From the NCBI GenBank assembly GCA_002753225.1, contig PDZS01000009.1, forward strand, positions 16,500 to 80,499: DNA of 64,000 bases, read 5' to 3'. This DNA is from Deltaproteobacteria bacterium YD0425bin51 (lineage in GTDB: Bacteria > Desulfobacterota > Desulfobacteria > Desulfobacterales > YD0425bin51). Under the pieces are notes generated by a model. The model made no database searches. It had not been told where the DNA came from and saw only the letters and a program-made list of their open reading frames with translations. A program made the position numbers and the translations under genes. Below, one piece after another: positions 21,101-29,123 of the stretch (its first letter is position 1; the number at the start of each line of letters is the position of its first letter).

Positions 21101-23822
21101 GAATAATCTTTAAGTCACTTTCTACCAAGAGACTCTTTTCGTCTCTCACATATCTGTCTAATTTATCAATCAAATCATCCATATCTTTGGCTGAAACCGC
21201 TATTTTTTCATCCATTAAATCTCTATACTGCAAAGTGGCAGATATCTGAGAAAGCTTTAAATTCTTTTTATGTTTTAATATAAATTCGTATATGTTTTTT
21301 ACATAAACCTTTAATCTGTCTTTATTTTTAGCAGATATTAGAATAGGCTGACTATTTTTGCTGTTTGGCAAATTAATATCCTTATATTCTTCGACAATAA
21401 CATGGGCGTTTGTTCCGCTGAATCCAAAAGAACTAATTCCAGCTCTTCTCGGTATATCTTCAGGGATTTTCCATTCATTAAATGTTCTTATTACATAAAA
21501 AGGGCTTTCTTTAAAATTGATATATTGATTTTCTTTTTTAAAATTCAAAGAAGGGGGAATCTGTTTGTTTTTTAAACTTAGCAAGGCTTTTATAAAACCA
21601 GCAATCCCTGCGGCAGAAGCAGTATGACCAATATTTGTTTTTACAGAGCCTATGGCGCAATATTGTTTTTTATTTGTATATTTTCTAAAAGCGTTTGTTA
21701 ATGCTTCAATTTCAATTGGATCCCCTAATTTTGTGCCTGTACCATGAGCTTCTATATAAGTTATTGTCTCTGGATTTACGTTAAATTTCTCATAAACAGA
21801 TATTTCGAGATCAGTTTGAGATTTTGCGCTTGGAGCTGTAATTCCATTGGTTTTACCATCCTGATTTATTCCAGAACCTTTAATTACACCGTATATATTA
21901 TCTCCATCTCTTATCGCGTTTAATAAAGGCTTTAAGACTACTACCCCAACCCCCTCACCCGGAACAAATCCGTCTGCTGAATCATCAAAAGTTTTGCACC
22001 TGCCTTCAGGAGAAAGCATTCCAGCGCTTGTTGTCATAATGTGGAAAGCTGGAGTATTATATACAAAGACTCCCCCTGCTATTGCCATTTCTGATTCGCG
22101 AGAGATTAAGCTTTGACATGCCAGATGAATTGCCACAAGAGATGATGAGCATGCTGTATCAATTGGAATACTTGGTCCTTTAAGATTTAAAAAATATGAA
22201 ATTCTTGCTGCCAAAATAGAATTAGAGTTGCCCAAAAAAGACTGTGCATCGATTTTTGCTGGATAATCACCCCGCACTGCTCCAACAAACACTGATACAT
22301 TTTTGTTAGATATGGACTTATTAGCATATCCAGCATCTTCTAACGCAGAAAAGCTCTCTTCCAGAAAAAGCCTCTGCTGGGGATCCATCTGCTCTGCTTC
22401 TCTGCCAGACATATTAAAAAAGAGAGGATCAAATTTATCAATATCTTCTAAAAAACCTCCCCATTTGTAATAATTATCATCCCCGTAAAACAAAGACTCC
22501 CCCCACCTGCCTTTAGGAGGAGAAGATATATGGCTTTTACCTAAAATCAGATTTTCCCAAAATTCGTCAATGTTAGCTGCGCCTGGAAACCTGCAAGACA
22601 TACCTATAACTGCAACATCTTGACTCAAGTTTTCTTTTTTTACATAAGGGGTATTAATCTCAGGCATTGTTACAACAATTTTTCCTATGTTTTTTCTATC
22701 CTGCATGAACTTATAGGCTTCTTTAATTTCTCGAAATGGAAAGACTTTTAAAACTGTAGGACGAATAGTCCCTTCTTCCAAATGTCTGACCATAATGTCA
22801 AAATATTCTCTTAATCTATCTGGTTCCCTTGTTATAAGCCTTCTTAAATCCACACTGCATATAACCTGATTATCTACCATATTGGACAAATCAAAATTAT
22901 TTGAAGATTTTAAAGCAGTCATAGCTATTTCAATATAACGACCACAAGGAGCAAGAATATCTATCCCTTTTTGAATAGCATCTCCTGGCAAAGTATTAAT
23001 AACTACATCAACACCATAGCCATTTGTATATTCCAAAATTTTTTTACTAAAATCTTCCTTTTGGTAATTTATTAAATAATTTACCCCCATTTTTTTTAGA
23101 TAATCCAATTTATCATTTGAGCTGGCTGTTGCGTAAATGTCTGCCCCTATTATTTTTGCCATCTGCACAGCAATAAGACCAGTTCCTCCTGCTGCTGTCT
23201 GGATTAAAATCTTTTCACCTGATTTAACTTTAGCTATCTCAAATACATGATGCATTGTGAGAAAAACAACTGGAAAAGCGCATGCTTCTTCATGAGTAAT
23301 ATTACTGGGCTTTTTAACAAGCAAATTTTCATTTGTATTTACAATTGCGCTGTGTCCTCCCATATTAATTCCAGTAAGCCCCATTACTTCATCGCCAACT
23401 TGAAATTGACCCGCCATATCTCCAGTTTTTAAAACCACACCTGATATTTCAAAACCCGGAGTAAAAGGATACTCAGGCATTGTTGGATAAAGGCCGTTTA
23501 TGCAGAGTAAATCGCCAAAATTTAACGAGAAAGCCTTAACTAGAACCTGAACATCTGTATCTGCTGGATCTTCAGGTTCTATATTACGAATCTCAATATT
23601 TTCAATTTTAGCTGGTTTTGTTAACACTACTGCTTGATAGGGACCCTGGATTCCCGCTTTCACAGGAATGACGTCATTCCCGCGAAAGCGGGAATCCAGA
23701 ATAATATGTGATCTGTTAGTTATTTTTTGGATTAATTTATATCCATCTTCAGGAGATATTAGATTTGATTCTATTTTTTTGAGGATTTCTTTTATATGGG
23801 ACTCATTATTTGTCTTTTTAAT
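18192..23822 (-). CDS. trans-AT type I PKS: DD-ER-KS-KR-cMT-ACP-DD (extended upstream to a probable ATT start)
   Basis: ER LIQTAAGGTG; KS DTACSSS/HGTGT/NIGH; KR GGAGGIG; MT LEVGAGTGG; ACP GVDSI. Frame is open upstream of GTG 23663 and encodes a docking-like helix pair. Confidence 0.88.
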   Translation of the reverse strand: MKKTNNESHIKEILKKIESNLISPEDGYKLIQKITNRSHIILDSRFRGNDVIPVKAGIQGPYQAVVLTKPAKIENIEIRNIEPEDPADTDVQVLVKAFSLNFGDLLCINGLYPTMPEYPFTPGFEISGVVLKTGDMAGQFQVGDEVMGLTGINMGGHSAIVNTNENLLVKKPSNITHEEACAFPVVFLTMHHVFEIAKVKSGEKILIQTAAGGTGLIAVQMAKIIGADIYATASSNDKLDYLKKMGVNYLINYQKEDFSKKILEYTNGYGVDVVINTLPGDAIQKGIDILAPCGRYIEIAMTALKSSNNFDLSNMVDNQVICSVDLRRLITREPDRLREYFDIMVRHLEEGTIRPTVLKVFPFREIKEAYKFMQDRKNIGKIVVTMPEINTPYVKKENLSQDVAVIGMSCRFPGAANIDEFWENLILGKSHISSPPKGRWGESLFYGDDNYYKWGGFLEDIDKFDPLFFNMSGREAEQMDPQQRLFLEESFSALEDAGYANKSISNKNVSVFVGAVRGDYPAKIDAQSFLGNSNSILAARISYFLNLKGPSIPIDTACSSSLVAIHLACQSLISRESEMAIAGGVFVYNTPAFHIMTTSAGMLSPEGRCKTFDDSADGFVPGEGVGVVVLKPLLNAIRDGDNIYGVIKGSGINQDGKTNGITAPSAKSQTDLEISVYEKFNVNPETITYIEAHGTGTKLGDPIEIEALTNAFRKYTNKKQYCAIGSVKTNIGHTASAAGIAGFIKALLSLKNKQIPPSLNFKKENQYINFKESPFYVIRTFNEWKIPEDIPRRAGISSFGFSGTNAHVIVEEYKDINLPNSKNSQPILISAKNKDRLKVYVKNIYEFILKHKKNLKLSQISATLQYRDLMDEKIAVSAKDMDDLIDKLDRYVRDEKSLLVESDLKIIHKGQKTRRIHLPTYPFEKKSYWFDSTTKKKETDDNICNFFYKPTWFPYDFKPHPELKVKNRVLIIYPKDCLKLKTVISENYSNDEVFELVLNEEDIDVFINKIGHIDIIYFLGGIKEKEIDIYDLDELKESQEKGILSLFRLVKAIEAFNPKLIVITNDVHKVTEEDVGFSFSGSLQGLTRVIAKEYRKLSAKYIDITLKDIKVIAPIIKKLSYDNIEEAAIRYGKPYIRILETINIPRSNYPAFKKQGVYFILGGAGGIGVEFSKYLSKNFQAKLVLIGRKKINESLKEKILEIEKLGGEVLYISSDGSDFESMNTAFQTAKKAFGKINGVIHSAIVLKDKAIYNMDEDTLKDVLSPKVNGSVVLAKIFKDEPLDFMIFFSSAQSFTANMGQANYAAACTFKDSFALHLQNVAPYPVKIINWGYFGDVGIVSDNNHKNRLLSQGVQSISLQEGIDAISKILTGRVRQIMAFKASDDILSKMGINNSYQIETYPENRPSVFQEALSKIEFPVINLDNNPSNSFYEMNLFGKSLLFEVFSKISKEDIIPSYNKLYRALEDILADFKYSEYENLDEKKDKLINDFPEISAYVKLLWTCLKNYPQILTGKIPATDIMFPNSSMELVENVYKGNITADFFNNLVLAGVISYIKTRESGDEKIYILEVGAGTGGTSATLLSAISKHGENIHYVYTDISKSFILYGEKNYGKYSFVEFNTFDIETDPLSQGYENGAFDIIIASNVIHATKSIKNAVRNLKTLLKANGWMVINEITSVMEFSTLTFGLLDGWWLFEDEEYRIKGSPLLSTEMWKRVLYEEGFDHVIDLINNYASPQNVIIAESNGEIRKLKENKRSIEKKLNQDIAEKIIDILVSVLKVDRENITTDTSYTEFGVDSILAVEIINEINEKLNLNLRTTDLFNYPTILKLKDHITNNFSGEIKHNDEDRIILNIIDRLKVGELDIYEADQLIEEEMV
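23647..23722. mobile_element. Partial copy of 107-bp palindromic element, in frame between PKS docking domain and ER
   Basis: TGGATTCCCGCTTTCACAGGAATGACGTCATTCCCGCGAAAGCGGGAATCC plus degenerate arm ending GTTAGTTA; encodes LDSRFRGNDVIPVKAGI. Confidence 0.8.
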
Positions 23823-23823
23823 A

Positions 23824-24567
23824 TCAAAACTCCTTTGGTTTAAAGCGTTTGTGATTCATCAGAGATGCTCCGCCATCTCCAGTTTGAGTTAAGACGTAAA
23901 GACCTGATTTCTCTGCATATCGACCAATATCATCTTTAATCACCAATGCCCCCATGCCTGCAAGCATTTTGTATTTTTGAAACTTAGGGAAAGCCTTTTT
24001 AAAATTCGGTATTTTTTTATTTAAAAAGTTGTCTACCATCCTTTTTTCCAATTTATTTTTTACTTCTATTACTAAAACACTTTCATTATTAACCGCTACA
24101 ATATCATATTCTGCTTCACCTTTTTTCTTTAGATTTCTATGGATATCATTGAAGTGAAAATCCTTAAACAAATAAAAGATATTACGATAAAACAAATCCT
24201 CTGCTATCTCTCCTTGCACAAGTCCAAGATCTCCTAATTGTCTTCTCAGCTCAACCAGTCCTTTAAACATTTCATCGCTTGATTGTCTCATTTCTCTAAG
24301 AGATTCTTTAAACTCTTTCATCTCTTTACGATGTATTTCACTTGATTTTTTAAGAGATTCATTAAATTCTCTAAGTGATTCACAAATCTCCTTCATCTCT
24401 TTATTATTCATTTCACTAGACTTTTTAAGAGATTCTCTAAACTCTTTCATCTCTTTACGATGTATTTCACTTGATTTTTTAAGAGATTCATTAAATTCTC
24501 TAAGTGATTCACGAATCTCTTTCATCTCTTTATTATGTATTTCACTTGATTCTATAGACCGCTTCAT
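23824..24567 (-). CDS. Coiled-coil repeat protein with C-terminal PD-(D/E)XK nuclease-like domain (DUF3782-like)
   Basis: Repeats of EMKEFRESLKKSSE, then EYDIVAVN..VLVIEVK. Confidence 0.7.
   Translation of the reverse strand: MKRSIESSEIHNKEMKEIRESLREFNESLKKSSEIHRKEMKEFRESLKKSSEMNNKEMKEICESLREFNESLKKSSEIHRKEMKEFKESLREMRQSSDEMFKGLVELRRQLGDLGLVQGEIAEDLFYRNIFYLFKDFHFNDIHRNLKKKGEAEYDIVAVNNESVLVIEVKNKLEKRMVDNFLNKKIPNFKKAFPKFQKYKMLAGMGALVIKDDIGRYAEKSGLYVLTQTGDGGASLMNHKRFKPKEF
24295..24550. repeat. Coding tandem repeats (about 129-bp super-period)
   Basis: catctctttacgatgtatttcacttgattttttaagagattc recurs at about 24320 and 24449. Confidence 0.75.
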
Positions 24568-24583
24568 TATTCTTCCCTTAAAT

Positions 24584-24619
24584 ATTTAGGCGCTGAATTA
24601 AAAAAAACAGCGCCTAAAT
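24584..24619. terminator. Hairpin downstream of the MCP, possible terminator
   Basis: ATTTAGGCGCTG...CAGCGCCTAAAT 12-bp stem. Confidence 0.55.
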
Positions 24620-24624
24620 TTACT

Positions 24625-26928
24625 CTATATTTTAAATTTGCTTACAAGTTTGGTAAGGGTTATTGCCATTTTTGAAAGCTCATTTGATGAATCTTTTGTT
24701 TGCGATGCCCCCATTGCAGTCTGTTTTGCAGCACTTGAGATGCCAACCATATTTCTTGAAATATCATTTACTCCACTAGCTACTTCATTTGAAGATCTAG
24801 CTACATCTTTAATGCCGCCATTTACCTGTTCAACATTTTTTGCTATATCAAAAGCAGTTTTTGATGCCTCGTCTGTTGATTTAGCTATTTCTTCTACTAA
24901 TTTTGCAGATTCATTAGCATTTACTGCAACTTTATTTACAGTCATTGCAGCTTGTGAAACAGATTTGGATATTTCAGAAGCAGTTGCTGTCTGCTCTTCA
25001 ACAGATGAAGCAATCATAGTATTTATATCTGCAATTTTTAAGATTGTGCTGTTTATTTCTCCAATTGCTTTTACAGCATCATTTGTTGCTGTTTGAATAT
25101 TATCAATTTGTTCTGCTATTTCATCTGTAGCATCAGCTGATTGTTTAGCAAGTTCCTTTACTTCTCCAGCAACAACAGCAAAACCTTTTCCAGCATCTCC
25201 TGCTCCTGCTGCTTCAATGGTAGCATTCAAAGCTAGCATATCAGTTTTATCAGCAATATCTTTAATAACTGATACTACTTTACCAATCTGTTTTGAAGAA
25301 GTAACCAAAGCCTTCATGCGAATATTTATTTCTTCTGCCCGTTTATTTGCATCTTGAGAAATCTGGCTGGCTTGAGCTGTATTTTTTGAAACTTCATTTA
25401 ATGAGGTTGTCATTTCTTCTACAGCAGAAGCAACAGTATGAATTTGATTAGACATATCCTGGCTTGCACCTGCAACTTGTTTTACATTTATACTTGTTTT
25501 TTGTCCAAAATTTGCAACATTTATAAAAGTAGAAGACATCTCTTCTGTCATTGCTGCAACATTTGATACTGAAGCGCTTGCCTGTTCTGCTGCTGATGCT
25601 ACAGTTGATACGCTTGCATTTATCTGCTCAGACGCAGCAGAAATTACATTTGATTGAGATTCCACTTCTTCAGCAGAAGAAGCCATCTGGCTTGCAACTG
25701 TAGATAATTCTTCAGATGAACTTGAAAGGGTATTTGAAGTTTGTAAAAGTTCGCCAACTATTACTTTTATGTTACCCACTGCATCATTAAGGTCTTTTGC
25801 CATATGTCCAAGCTCATCATTGCTGTCTACATCAATCTTTACAGTAAGATCTCCCTGCCCAAAAGATTTTGTAAAAGCTATCACTTTATTTATAGGTTCA
25901 ACAATAGAATGTCTTATTACAAAAGATATAATTATACTGATAATAATCGAAATAATTATACCTATAATCATATTTGTTGAGCCGCTCTCAACCAATTCAT
26001 GAGATTCTTTTGCAATATCCATACTCTGCTTCATACCTGCACCAGCTATAGATTCTGCAGAATTTACTATTGAATCTACAAGCATATTACGCTGTTTAGA
26101 AACCTTATCTCCATTGCTCCATTCTTCTAAAACATTTTTCATGGCATTTTTATATTCATCAGCCCCCTTTTTTACAATTTCGAGCTGTTTAAGATTAACG
26201 CCCTGCGTAGTTATTTTTATAATTTCATCCAATTTTTTATAAATATTATCAATTTTCCCCATACTCTCTTCAAAAAGCTTTATTTCTCTGGATGCCTGAG
26301 CTTTAAAATTTCCAAGCCTTATGGCGTTACCTAAATCAATTACGTCATTTATAAGAGTAATTTTTGTTAATCTATCTGTTACTTTTGCAGGCTCCGAAAT
26401 GTCCTGTTTTATTTTTTCATTCTGGATTGATAAATATTCATAACAAGCCTCCATATACAAGGATGCTGCTTTATTTAATCTTTCGCGAAGCTCTGTTATA
26501 GACTTATTTATATTGGCTGTTTCATTTATCAGTTTTTCATATTCTACAACCTGGGGCTTCAAAATAGTTATTGCTTCTTTAAGCTTTACTAGTTTGGGAT
26601 ATTTTTCAACAAATTCATCTCCCTGCTTAAGGTATTTTTTTACTTCTTCAAAATTTTTCAGTCCTTCTATTAAATAGTTATTCTCACCAGATAGGGCATA
26701 AGCACGAATCCATGTTCTTGTTATAAGAGAAAATCTCTCAATATTATTTGCAAGCTCCACCTCAGGAAGATATTGCTCCTGCATAACTTTCGATTTCTCT
26801 TCTATTCGGTTCATACTGCTAATGGTTACCCATCCTAAAATCAGCAAGACTGCAGTAATAATACCAAAGCCAATTGCTATTCTCATTCCGACTTTTACAT
26901 TTTTAATCAAAGACATTATTTTACTCAT
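24625..26928 (-). CDS. Methyl-accepting chemotaxis protein (2 TM, HAMP, long signalling domain)
   Basis: [37 protein letters not shown]. Confidence 0.92.
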   Translation of the reverse strand: MSKIMSLIKNVKVGMRIAIGFGIITAVLLILGWVTISSMNRIEEKSKVMQEQYLPEVELANNIERFSLITRTWIRAYALSGENNYLIEGLKNFEEVKKYLKQGDEFVEKYPKLVKLKEAITILKPQVVEYEKLINETANINKSITELRERLNKAASLYMEACYEYLSIQNEKIKQDISEPAKVTDRLTKITLINDVIDLGNAIRLGNFKAQASREIKLFEESMGKIDNIYKKLDEIIKITTQGVNLKQLEIVKKGADEYKNAMKNVLEEWSNGDKVSKQRNMLVDSIVNSAESIAGAGMKQSMDIAKESHELVESGSTNMIIGIIISIIISIIISFVIRHSIVEPINKVIAFTKSFGQGDLTVKIDVDSNDELGHMAKDLNDAVGNIKVIVGELLQTSNTLSSSSEELSTVASQMASSAEEVESQSNVISAASEQINASVSTVASAAEQASASVSNVAAMTEEMSSTFINVANFGQKTSINVKQVAGASQDMSNQIHTVASAVEEMTTSLNEVSKNTAQASQISQDANKRAEEINIRMKALVTSSKQIGKVVSVIKDIADKTDMLALNATIEAAGAGDAGKGFAVVAGEVKELAKQSADATDEIAEQIDNIQTATNDAVKAIGEINSTILKIADINTMIASSVEEQTATASEISKSVSQAAMTVNKVAVNANESAKLVEEIAKSTDEASKTAFDIAKNVEQVNGGIKDVARSSNEVASGVNDISRNMVGISSAAKQTAMGASQTKDSSNELSKMAITLTKLVSKFKI

Positions 26929-26963
26929 TCTGTTTTTTCCTCCTTAATAATTAAACTTTAAAT

Positions 26964-27067
26964 TTGTCTGAACACGATTTTTAAGATTAAAGAATTGGCA
27001 CGATTTAATATAAAATCAACGTGCTGAATCATGGAAATCTTTTAATCCTATAATCGTGCTCAGACAA
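26964..27067. repeat. ~103-bp GTCTGAAC...GTTCAGAC inverted-repeat element
   Basis: TTGTCTGAACACGATT / AATCGTGCTCAGACAA; inverted homolog at 43302. Confidence 0.8.
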
Positions 27068-27072
27068 TAAAA

Positions 27073-27864
27073 TCACTTTCCATAGCTATGCAGACCTTGA
27101 AGATAATTTACCCCAAAATAAGTAAATAGTACTGCAATAAAACCAATAATTGAAAGATATGCAATCCTTTTTCCCTGCCAGCCTCGTGTAACCCTTGCGT
27201 GCAAAAGTGCAGCATATATAAGCCATGTAACTAAAGACCATGTTTCTTTAGGATCCCATGACCAGTAACTTCCCCATGCAGAATTAGCCCATACAGCTCC
27301 AGTTATGATACCTATTGATAGAAAAATAAACCCAAATGCTACTGTTTCATATATTAATTCATCTAATTCTTTTTTCAATTTTACAAGATATAATAAACTG
27401 ATTCCAAAAGCTATGGAAAAAGCAGCATAACCTAAAAAACATGTAACAACATGTGCAATAAGCCAGTTACTCTTTAGAGCAGGTACCAGCGGCTGAATGC
27501 GGTCATTTATATTTGGAGACATTGCTGCATAAGCCATGGCAAGAAACGCAAATAGAGATGAGCTTATACCTATCATTTGGTTTTTGTATTTATAATTTAT
27601 AAAAAAATATATCAAAATTACTGCCCATGCAAAAAAGATTAATGATTCATACATATTGGAAAGTGGGGCATGTCCTATTCCAGCTTTATAGGATTCAAGC
27701 CATCTTAAAATAATGCCAAGACTACTCCCTGAAAAACCTGCATATATTAACCATTTCCCTATAGTATCAGGTAATGATTTTTTAAAAATCCAGGAAGAGA
27801 CCAAAAAGATACCAGAAAAAGCATATATAAACGTTGTTATTGATAATATCATCGAGCTATTCAT
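27073..27864 (-). CDS. ccsA: Cytochrome c biogenesis protein CcsA/ResC (system II)
   Basis: WANSAWGSYWSWDPKETW (WWD domain). Confidence 0.92.
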   Translation of the reverse strand: MNSSMILSITTFIYAFSGIFLVSSWIFKKSLPDTIGKWLIYAGFSGSSLGIILRWLESYKAGIGHAPLSNMYESLIFFAWAVILIYFFINYKYKNQMIGISSSLFAFLAMAYAAMSPNINDRIQPLVPALKSNWLIAHVVTCFLGYAAFSIAFGISLLYLVKLKKELDELIYETVAFGFIFLSIGIITGAVWANSAWGSYWSWDPKETWSLVTWLIYAALLHARVTRGWQGKRIAYLSIIGFIAVLFTYFGVNYLQGLHSYGK

Positions 27865-29119
27865 TATAATTTTTCTCCTTTAAATATAGAGATAGTTCCT
27901 TTACTTTATTTTGCATTCCTATTTTATTTTTGTTTGCAATACCAGACACCATAACACTACTTGTCTTTTCGTCTATTTTTGTAATTTCTATACATAAACT
28001 TTGGTGTGACATAAAAAAGTTTATGAAAAAACCTATAATCATTATTATAAAGCCGGCATAAACCAGACTAACGCCTGGATCATATACAACTTGCAAGCCA
28101 GTATAGTAAGTTTTATTAAAATCTAATAAAGAGATAAAAAAATCTCCACCCCTCATTTTATCAAAAGTAGGGAATTTTAATGGAATTACTACTTCTTCCT
28201 TTCCTTTTTCTGTTGAATAGGTTCCAAAAAATGCTTCTCCTACCTCTTCATAATGACTCAATCCTCCTAATTTAAATTTTCCTTTTTTTTCTGGAATATC
28301 TATTTCTTCATCCACTTTTACATTGATTTTATAACTCATCCCAGTTTCTTTACTATTAAAATTCAATAAAGCTTCTTTTGGAGGAATTAGTCCATAACTG
28401 GATTGATAAAAACTTATTCCTTTATAGCGAAGAGGTTTATTTACTACAATATCCTGTTTTAAAACAGGTTTGTTATCTATAAGTATAGTCAATTTTGATA
28501 AATATTCTTTGGGAGTTCCTGAATCATAAAAACTTACATCAAAGTCATCACATTTTACAGCAAAACCTAAATTATAAACATGTCCTGATTTATTTAAGTC
28601 AATATTTCTAACCTCAGACCCTTCAGGAATATTAACGTATCCCGTAAATCCAAGTATAGAACCGACTAAACTTCCTAAAAGCAAAATCAGAATACTTATG
28701 TGAATGATATATACCGACATTCTTGTTAGCCGCCCTTTTTCAGCAAATATAAGGAATTTATCGTTTGTATCATCTGTCACATTGTTTTTAAAGCCTTTTT
28801 CTACTTCACGCGCAATAAATCGTTTTAATTTTTCAATTGGTTCTTCAATGGTAATTGTCTCTTTTGCTTCTGAATTATAAAATCTTGAAATATTTGTGCT
28901 TGGTGTTTTTATAGAGATTATTTTAAGAGTTTGAGAAAACCTTTCCATTGAGCAGATCACTATGTTTATTCCTAACATCAGAATTAGAATCTGAAATCCA
29001 AATGAATGATATATGTCAAAACTACCCATAGGAATAAGAGTTCCTATTATCGAAATAACTGCTATAATAAGCAAAAGCGCAATTGTAAGTTTAACTGATG
29101 CGAAAAAATTCCATAACAT
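27857..29119 (-). CDS. resB: Cytochrome c biogenesis protein ResB/Ccs1
   Basis: VNKPLRYKGISFYQSSY, TGLQVVYDPG; adjacent to ccsA. Confidence 0.88.
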   Translation of the reverse strand: MLWNFFASVKLTIALLLIIAVISIIGTLIPMGSFDIYHSFGFQILILMLGINIVICSMERFSQTLKIISIKTPSTNISRFYNSEAKETITIEEPIEKLKRFIAREVEKGFKNNVTDDTNDKFLIFAEKGRLTRMSVYIIHISILILLLGSLVGSILGFTGYVNIPEGSEVRNIDLNKSGHVYNLGFAVKCDDFDVSFYDSGTPKEYLSKLTILIDNKPVLKQDIVVNKPLRYKGISFYQSSYGLIPPKEALLNFNSKETGMSYKINVKVDEEIDIPEKKGKFKLGGLSHYEEVGEAFFGTYSTEKGKEEVVIPLKFPTFDKMRGGDFFISLLDFNKTYYTGLQVVYDPGVSLVYAGFIIMIIGFFINFFMSHQSLCIEITKIDEKTSSVMVSGIANKNKIGMQNKVKELSLYLKEKNYNE

Positions 29120-29123
29120 ATTT

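Noticed and set aside
23668-23892. ORF MTSFPRKRESR...
   Set aside because: Arises from the palindromic element, antisense to the PKS N-terminus.
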